A stretch of DNA of 64,000 bases from an uncultured Gemmatimonadales bacterium. Its GTDB lineage: Bacteria; Gemmatimonadota; Gemmatimonadetes; Longimicrobiales; Longimicrobiaceae. The stretch is taken from the NCBI GenBank assembly GCA_963716255.1, contig OY970303.1, positions 7,680,001-7,744,000 of the forward strand, in the 5' to 3' direction. Positions within the stretch are counted from its first letter, which is position 1; the number at the start of each line of letters is the position of its first letter. The translations under genes were made by a program, and so were the position numbers. Under the pieces are notes generated by a model, which was given only the letters and a program-made list of their open reading frames with translations, was not told where the DNA came from and searched no databases. Below are positions 59,068 through 64,000 of the stretch, in pieces.

Positions 59068-60744
59068 ATGATGGCGACCACGAGGAAACTCCTGTCCGCG
59101 GCGATGGTCCTCGGTGCGGGGCTGCTGGCGGCGTGCGACGGCGGCGGCGGCGACCCCACGGAGCCGGAGGTGACGGCCCCGGCCAACGTCGTCGTGACGC
59201 CCGTCTCGGCGACGGGGCTGCGCGTGTCGTTCGACGCGGTCGCCGGCGCCACCTCGTACACGATCCAGCGCGCCCCCGCCGCGGCCGGCGATTTCGCCAC
59301 GGTGAACACCGGGCCGCAGACCAGCTTCGACGACACGGGCCTGCAGGCGCAGACCGCCTACCGCTACCGCGTCTCGGCCACCGCGGGCTCGCGCGCCAGC
59401 GGCTTCAGCGCCGAGCGCACCGGGACCACGGGCGCGACCCCGGTCGTCGCCGTGTCCGCCAACATCACCGCCAACCGCACCTTCTACTCGGACACCGTCT
59501 ACAAGCTGGACGCGTTCGTGAAGGTGACCAACGGCGCCACCCTCACGGTGCAGCCCGGCACCGTGGTGCAGGGCGAGCAGCTGTCCGCGCTCTTCGTCCT
59601 CCCCGGCGCGCGCATCATGGCGGTGGGGACCGCGGAGCGCCCCATCGTCTTCACCTCCGCCCGCGCCCCCGGCGACCGCAAGCCCGGCGACTGGGGCGGC
59701 CTGGTCCTCATCGGCCGCGGCGTCATCAACCGCACCGGCAGCATCCGCCTGGAGGGCACGGGCACCAACACCACCACCAACCCGGTGGAGAACTACAGCA
59801 ACGGCGGCAACAACGCGGACAACAGCGGCACGCTGCGCTACGTCCGCATCGAGTTCGCGGGCTACGGCCCGGCGCAGGACCAGGAGCTCAACGCGCTCAC
59901 CATGGCGGCGGTCGGCAGCGGCACCACCGTCGAGTACGTGCAGACGGTGGCGGGGCTCGACGACTCCTTCGAGTGGTTCGGCGGGGCGGTGGACGGAAAG
60001 TACCTGGTGTCGTACGAGTCGGGCGACGACCACTTCGACGCGTCCGAGGGCTACGCTGGGCGCAACCAGTTCCTGATCGCCTTCCAGTCCACGCGGCTGG
60101 AGCCGCGCGCCGGGGCCGGCGCCTTTTCCAACGACCCGCAGGGGATCGAGAACGACGGCTGCGCCGACGCGCAGGGCGGCACCTGCGGCGCCGCGGGCGA
60201 GAACGCGACGCCCTTCACCACCCCCATGTTCGCCAACTTCACCCTGGTGGGGACCGGTCCGGGTGTGGTGGGCTCCGGCGGCGGCTTCGGGATGATGCTG
60301 CGCCGCGGCACCGGCGGCTACTACGTGAACGGCATCGTCGCCCGCTGGCCGGGCGCGGCCATCGCGCTGCGCAACCCCACCACGGCCGCGCGCATCGCCG
60401 AGGGCAACCTGGTGATCCGCAACCTGCTCCTCGCCGACAACGCCAACACGTTCGAGGCCGGCACCGGGGTCACGGTGGACGCGGCCGCCAGCGGCATCGA
60501 GAGCGGGACCGCGGCCACGGCGAGCCTGTTCACGGCCTTCCCCGCCGGCGCGCCGGGCGGCGCCTCCGCCTTCGACTGGACGCCTTCCACCGGCTCGGCG
60601 GCGCGCACGGGCGGCACGGGCGCATTCACCGGGGCGCTCGCGGCCAGGGCGGGCACCTTCGTCACCGGCACCAGCTTCCGCGGCGCGGTGGACCCGGCGG
60701 GCGCCAAGTGGTGGCAGGGCTGGACCAGCTACGCCCGCAACTGA
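59068..60744 (+). CDS. Lipoprotein with fibronectin type III domain and beta-helix-like region (TonB-receptor partner)
   Basis: Lipobox LLAAC; FN3 (FDDTGLQAQTAYRYRV); GTAERPIVFTS, DWGGLV, DNSGTLRYVRIEFAG, DDSFEWFGG. Confidence 0.8.
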   Translation: MMATTRKLLSAAMVLGAGLLAACDGGGGDPTEPEVTAPANVVVTPVSATGLRVSFDAVAGATSYTIQRAPAAAGDFATVNTGPQTSFDDTGLQAQTAYRYRVSATAGSRASGFSAERTGTTGATPVVAVSANITANRTFYSDTVYKLDAFVKVTNGATLTVQPGTVVQGEQLSALFVLPGARIMAVGTAERPIVFTSARAPGDRKPGDWGGLVLIGRGVINRTGSIRLEGTGTNTTTNPVENYSNGGNNADNSGTLRYVRIEFAGYGPAQDQELNALTMAAVGSGTTVEYVQTVAGLDDSFEWFGGAVDGKYLVSYESGDDHFDASEGYAGRNQFLIAFQSTRLEPRAGAGAFSNDPQGIENDGCADAQGGTCGAAGENATPFTTPMFANFTLVGTGPGVVGSGGGFGMMLRRGTGGYYVNGIVARWPGAAIALRNPTTAARIAEGNLVIRNLLLADNANTFEAGTGVTVDAAASGIESGTAATASLFTAFPAGAPGGASAFDWTPSTGSAARTGGTGAFTGALAARAGTFVTGTSFRGAVDPAGAKWWQGWTSYARN

Positions 60745-60775
60745 CGCTTCGGGAACTGCTCCGAACTGCGGGTTC

Positions 60776-60905
60776 GGGCGTGCCCCCGGCTGGCGCCGGG
60801 GTCGGGCTTCGGCTCCGTAACGCAGCAAACAACGCTGCGTAACGGAGTCGAGCCCGCGCAAACAGCCGCGCGGTCTCGCCCCTTCGGGCCGAAATCCCTC
60901 ACGCG
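60776..60905 (+). repeat. Repeat family A, copy 9
   Basis: Full copy; third hairpin variant ccgcgc/gcgcgg. Confidence 0.95.
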
Positions 60906-61016
60906 GGGCTCGCGCTGGCGTCCGCCGGGCCCCCTGCAAACGCGCCGGGCACACGACGAAACGCCGCGGCCGGCGCCCTTCGGGCGCCGGCCGCTCCTCC
61001 ATCCGATCCGACGACG

Positions 61017-61652
61017 ATGAAACGCATTCGCTTGGCCCTGCTCGCCCTCGTCCTCCCGCTCGCCGCCTGCGGCGGGGCGGACCGGCCCGTCTCGGCGGAC
61101 GCGCCGGCCGCCGCGCCGGCGTCCCCGCCGCCCGCCGTGCAGCCGGCCGCGTACGTGGACAGCGCCCGCAGCGTCGCTGAGGACCTGCGCCGCTTCCGCG
61201 AGGGCCTGGAGCCGGCGTCCGCGCTGCGCGGCGGCGCGGCAAGCCGCGACGCGCTGGTGCGCGCTTTCGTGGCGGCGGTGGAGGCGCAGGACACCGCGGC
61301 GGCGGTGCGCATGGTGATCGCCCGCGCGGAGTTCGCGTACCTGTACTACGCGCACACGCCGCTGGTGGCGCCGCCCCGGGAGGTCAGTCCGCAGCTCGCC
61401 TGGTTCCTGATGCTCCAGAACAGCGAGAAGGGGATCACGCGCGTCTTCCGCCGCCTGGGCGGGAAGCCGCTGGGATACCTCGGCCACGCCTGCGATCCGC
61501 GGCCGGTGGTGCAGGGCCCAAACCGCCTGTGGAACGGGTGCGAGGTCCGGCGCGTCACCGCGAAGGGCGACACCGTGCGCCAGGTGCTCTTCGGCGGGAT
61601 CGTGGAGCGCGACGGACGGTTCAAGTTCGTGTCGTACGCGAACGAGTTCTGA
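61017..61652 (+). CDS. Hypothetical lipoprotein
   Basis: MKRIRLALLALVLPLAAC lipobox; GC3-biased coding; ends FVSYANEF. Confidence 0.8.
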   Translation: MKRIRLALLALVLPLAACGGADRPVSADAPAAAPASPPPAVQPAAYVDSARSVAEDLRRFREGLEPASALRGGAASRDALVRAFVAAVEAQDTAAAVRMVIARAEFAYLYYAHTPLVAPPREVSPQLAWFLMLQNSEKGITRVFRRLGGKPLGYLGHACDPRPVVQGPNRLWNGCEVRRVTAKGDTVRQVLFGGIVERDGRFKFVSYANEF

Positions 61653-61721
61653 TCCCGTCGGCCGGCACTCCGCGGCTCCGCCGGGACCGCCGGCCCGTGG
61701 GAGGGTGCGAGTCGGGATGGG

Positions 61722-61757
61722 AATGCCGGGCTCCTTCGGGGGCCCGGCGTTTTTATT
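61722..61757 (+). terminator. Rho-independent terminator
   Basis: aatgccgggctcc-ttcg-ggggcccggcgtt followed by tttatt. Confidence 0.75.
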
Positions 61758-62030
61758 GCGGATCGGCGCGGGCGGCGGGAAGCACGTCGCCCGCGCCGTG
61801 TACCCGGCCGCAGCACGCACGTTTTCTTGACTGCAAGCACTTCCAAACGTATTCATTCATCGAATGACTCATTGAGCACGGGGAGGTTGTTGCGGGGGGC
61901 CCGGTTCGCCGGCTTTCCGCGGGAGCGGACGTGCCGGCGACGGTGCCGTGTGATCGAAACTCCGGTCCCCGCTCGACCTTTCCTCATGCCGGTCACACCT
62001 GCTTCCCCGCAGCTGTATTGCGAGGTTCAC

Positions 62031-62324
62031 ATGGACATTGCGAGTGCGTCCCTCGTGAGCACCGAGCGCAGGTCCGGCTTCCTTTCCGACGAGAAGTGGG
62101 AGGCGATCTCCGATCGGCTGCGCCTTTCCCGCCGCGAGTTCGAGATCGTGCGGTGCATCATGGACGGGGGCAGCGAGGCGGCCATTGCGCGGACCCTCTC
62201 CATCTCCACTCACACCGTCCACACGCACCTCGAGCGGCTTTATCGGAAGCTCGGCGTATCCAACCGCGCGGACCTGGTGGTGCGCATCTTTTCGGCCTAC
62301 GTGACGCTGGAATCGCCGGACTGA
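62031..62324 (+). CDS. Stand-alone LuxR-type HTH regulator
   Basis: LSRREFEIV, IARTLSISTHTVHTHLERLYRKLGVSNRADL; RBS gaggt. Confidence 0.85.
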   Translation: MDIASASLVSTERRSGFLSDEKWEAISDRLRLSRREFEIVRCIMDGGSEAAIARTLSISTHTVHTHLERLYRKLGVSNRADLVVRIFSAYVTLESPD

Positions 62325-62587
62325 CCGCGGGTGCGTCGCCCCGGCTTCCTCCGAGTTCGCCCGGCATTGCCCCGGCCGCCTGCGATCTCGCGTCCCCCGC
62401 GCAGCCGACGCCCGCGCATGTGACGCTTGCACAGCCGACTGGCGCAATTTAAGCGTCAATCTATAATGATCCCAGCGGGTGAGGCCGGTCGCAGGTGACC
62501 CATGCCTCGCCCGGTGCGGGCGTGCGCCGCCGCGGCGCGGCAGGAACGTGGAACACGGACGATCGCCACCCCCGGCCAGGAGGTGCC

Positions 62588-63901
62588 ATGCTCGTGACTT
62601 TCCCTGCCCGCCGGCTGCCGGAAGGCGGGAGCGCGCTGGACCTCCTGCGCGGGGTGCTCGCCTCGCGGCTCGCCTCGGGAGAGGGACCCGCCGGACTGGA
62701 CCTCCGTCTCCCGGATCCGGAGAGCCCGGCCCCCGCCTTCGTCCTGCGGAGGCTGGAAGGCAGGGAAGCGTTCGTGGCGGCGGGCGCCTGGCGCGAGGAG
62801 CCGCGGCGTCCCGCCGGCGCGCTACTGGAGGCGGTGGACGCCCTCGCCCGCTGGGCGGTCGCGCGGGATCCGGAGCTGGTACGTCGCTTCGGACGTTCGT
62901 TCGTCACGCTGCTCCCCGCCTGGCGCCGGGATCCCCTGCTGGAAAGCGTCCCCGAGTGGCGCACGGGCCTTGCCGACGACGCGCTGCGCGGGAGCAGGAG
63001 CGCACTCGACCCGTTCTTCCGGGAGCGCGACGTGGCCGCGCGGCTCGCCGTCGACCTGGTGAGCTTCGTGCGCGAGACGGCCTGGGCGGTCAGAAACGAA
63101 ACGGGGCTGCCGCTGCTGCTCTGGCTGGAGCGCGCCGACCGCGCGGACCCGTTCTCGCTGCGGGTGCTGCGGCTCCTGGAATGCAGCCTGGGCGAGGCGC
63201 CCCTCGTGATCTGCACGACCACGGCGGACGGCTGCGCGTGCCCCGCCGTGCACGCGGCGGAAGACCGGCGGGCCGCGCGCCCCGGCCTCTGGCGCACGCA
63301 CCGCCGGTTCGGGGAGCTGCTGGGCGCGGCGGCGGTGTTCTCCCGGGCGTTCACGGTGGCCGAGTGGCGGGCGCTGGTGCCCGGGCGCGCGGCCGACGTG
63401 GACGGCGCGGCGGAGTCCCTCCTCCGGGTGGGCACCCTGCGGGCGGCGGGCGGCGGGCGGCTCGCCTTTTCCGCGACGGCCCGGCGCGAGGCGGCGTACG
63501 CCGCGCTGGAGCCGGAGGAGTCGGCGCTGCTGCACGGCCTGGCGTGGTCCGTGGAGGCCCGGGACGGTGAGCCATGCGGGCTCTGCCGGCATGCCGCCGG
63601 GTCGGGCGATGCCCCGGCCGCGCGGCGGCACGCCCTGGAGGCGATGGAGCGGTCGTGGGCCGTCTGCGACTACGACACCGCCGTCGCGTATGCCCATCGC
63701 GCCCTGACCCCGCCGGGCGAAGGGTCGCCGCTCGAGCCCGACCTGCTGCTCGCGCTGCTTCACTGCGAGGTCGAGCGCGACTCGGACGCCGAGCGGCACT
63801 TCTGGGCCGCGGTGCAGGCGCGGGCGGGGCAGGATGACGCCCCGCTTCGCCTGGTGGACGCCACCGAGCCCCCCGACGGCGTCCTGGAGGTCGTCCTGTA
63901 G
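62588..63901 (+). CDS. Hypothetical protein resembling a degenerate STAND/MalT-type ATPase-winged-helix-TPR fragment
   Basis: RBS aggaggt; PLLLWLERADRADPFSL (degenerate Walker B-like), AAVFSRAF, LAF..RREAAYAAL..LH; no Walker A seen. Confidence 0.5.
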   Translation: MLVTFPARRLPEGGSALDLLRGVLASRLASGEGPAGLDLRLPDPESPAPAFVLRRLEGREAFVAAGAWREEPRRPAGALLEAVDALARWAVARDPELVRRFGRSFVTLLPAWRRDPLLESVPEWRTGLADDALRGSRSALDPFFRERDVAARLAVDLVSFVRETAWAVRNETGLPLLLWLERADRADPFSLRVLRLLECSLGEAPLVICTTTADGCACPAVHAAEDRRAARPGLWRTHRRFGELLGAAAVFSRAFTVAEWRALVPGRAADVDGAAESLLRVGTLRAAGGGRLAFSATARREAAYAALEPEESALLHGLAWSVEARDGEPCGLCRHAAGSGDAPAARRHALEAMERSWAVCDYDTAVAYAHRALTPPGEGSPLEPDLLLALLHCEVERDSDAERHFWAAVQARAGQDDAPLRLVDATEPPDGVLEVVL

Positions 63902-63947
63902 CCGGACCGGTGCCAGGCACGCGGGCGGCGGACGCCGGCGCGAGCCC

Positions 63948-64000
63948 CGCGTGAGGGATTTCGGCCCGAAGGGGCGAGACCCGGCGCAGTTTGCCGGGGC
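63948..64000 (-). repeat. Repeat family A, copy 10 (cut by window end)
   Basis: cgcgtgagggatttcggcccgaaggggcgagacccggcgcagtttgccggggc. Confidence 0.9.

Overview
Very GC-rich bacterial DNA from a diderm (two-membrane) organism; gene style suggests Gemmatimonadota/Longimicrobium-like (inference only). Left third: two convergent megasynthases, a 5'-truncated PKS-NRPS hybrid (+) and a 3-module N-methylating NRPS with TE (-) whose last two modules are a near-identical 3153-bp tandem duplication. An outer-membrane protein and an asparaginase lie between them. Middle: secreted hydrolases, two GbsR/MarR regulators with a TolC-MFP-RND efflux operon, a BlaI/BlaR1(M56) pair split by an 11-bp duplication, a CDC48-type AAA ATPase and an HtrA protease. 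Right: a PhoB/PhoR-like locus with a porin, two TonB-type receptors and lipoproteins. Most notable: (1) three paralogous cassettes, each a small lipoprotein-type precursor ending in a variable 'AR|G..(I/M)G(S/G)G' peptide, convergent with a ~425-aa cytoplasmic TPR-like protein. This is a candidate undescribed peptide-receptor (RRNPP/Rap-Phr-like) signalling system in a diderm. (2) A ~135-bp multi-hairpin interspersed repeat with 10 copies in 64 kb and clear compensatory covariation. All calls are by motif recognition; no database searches were run.
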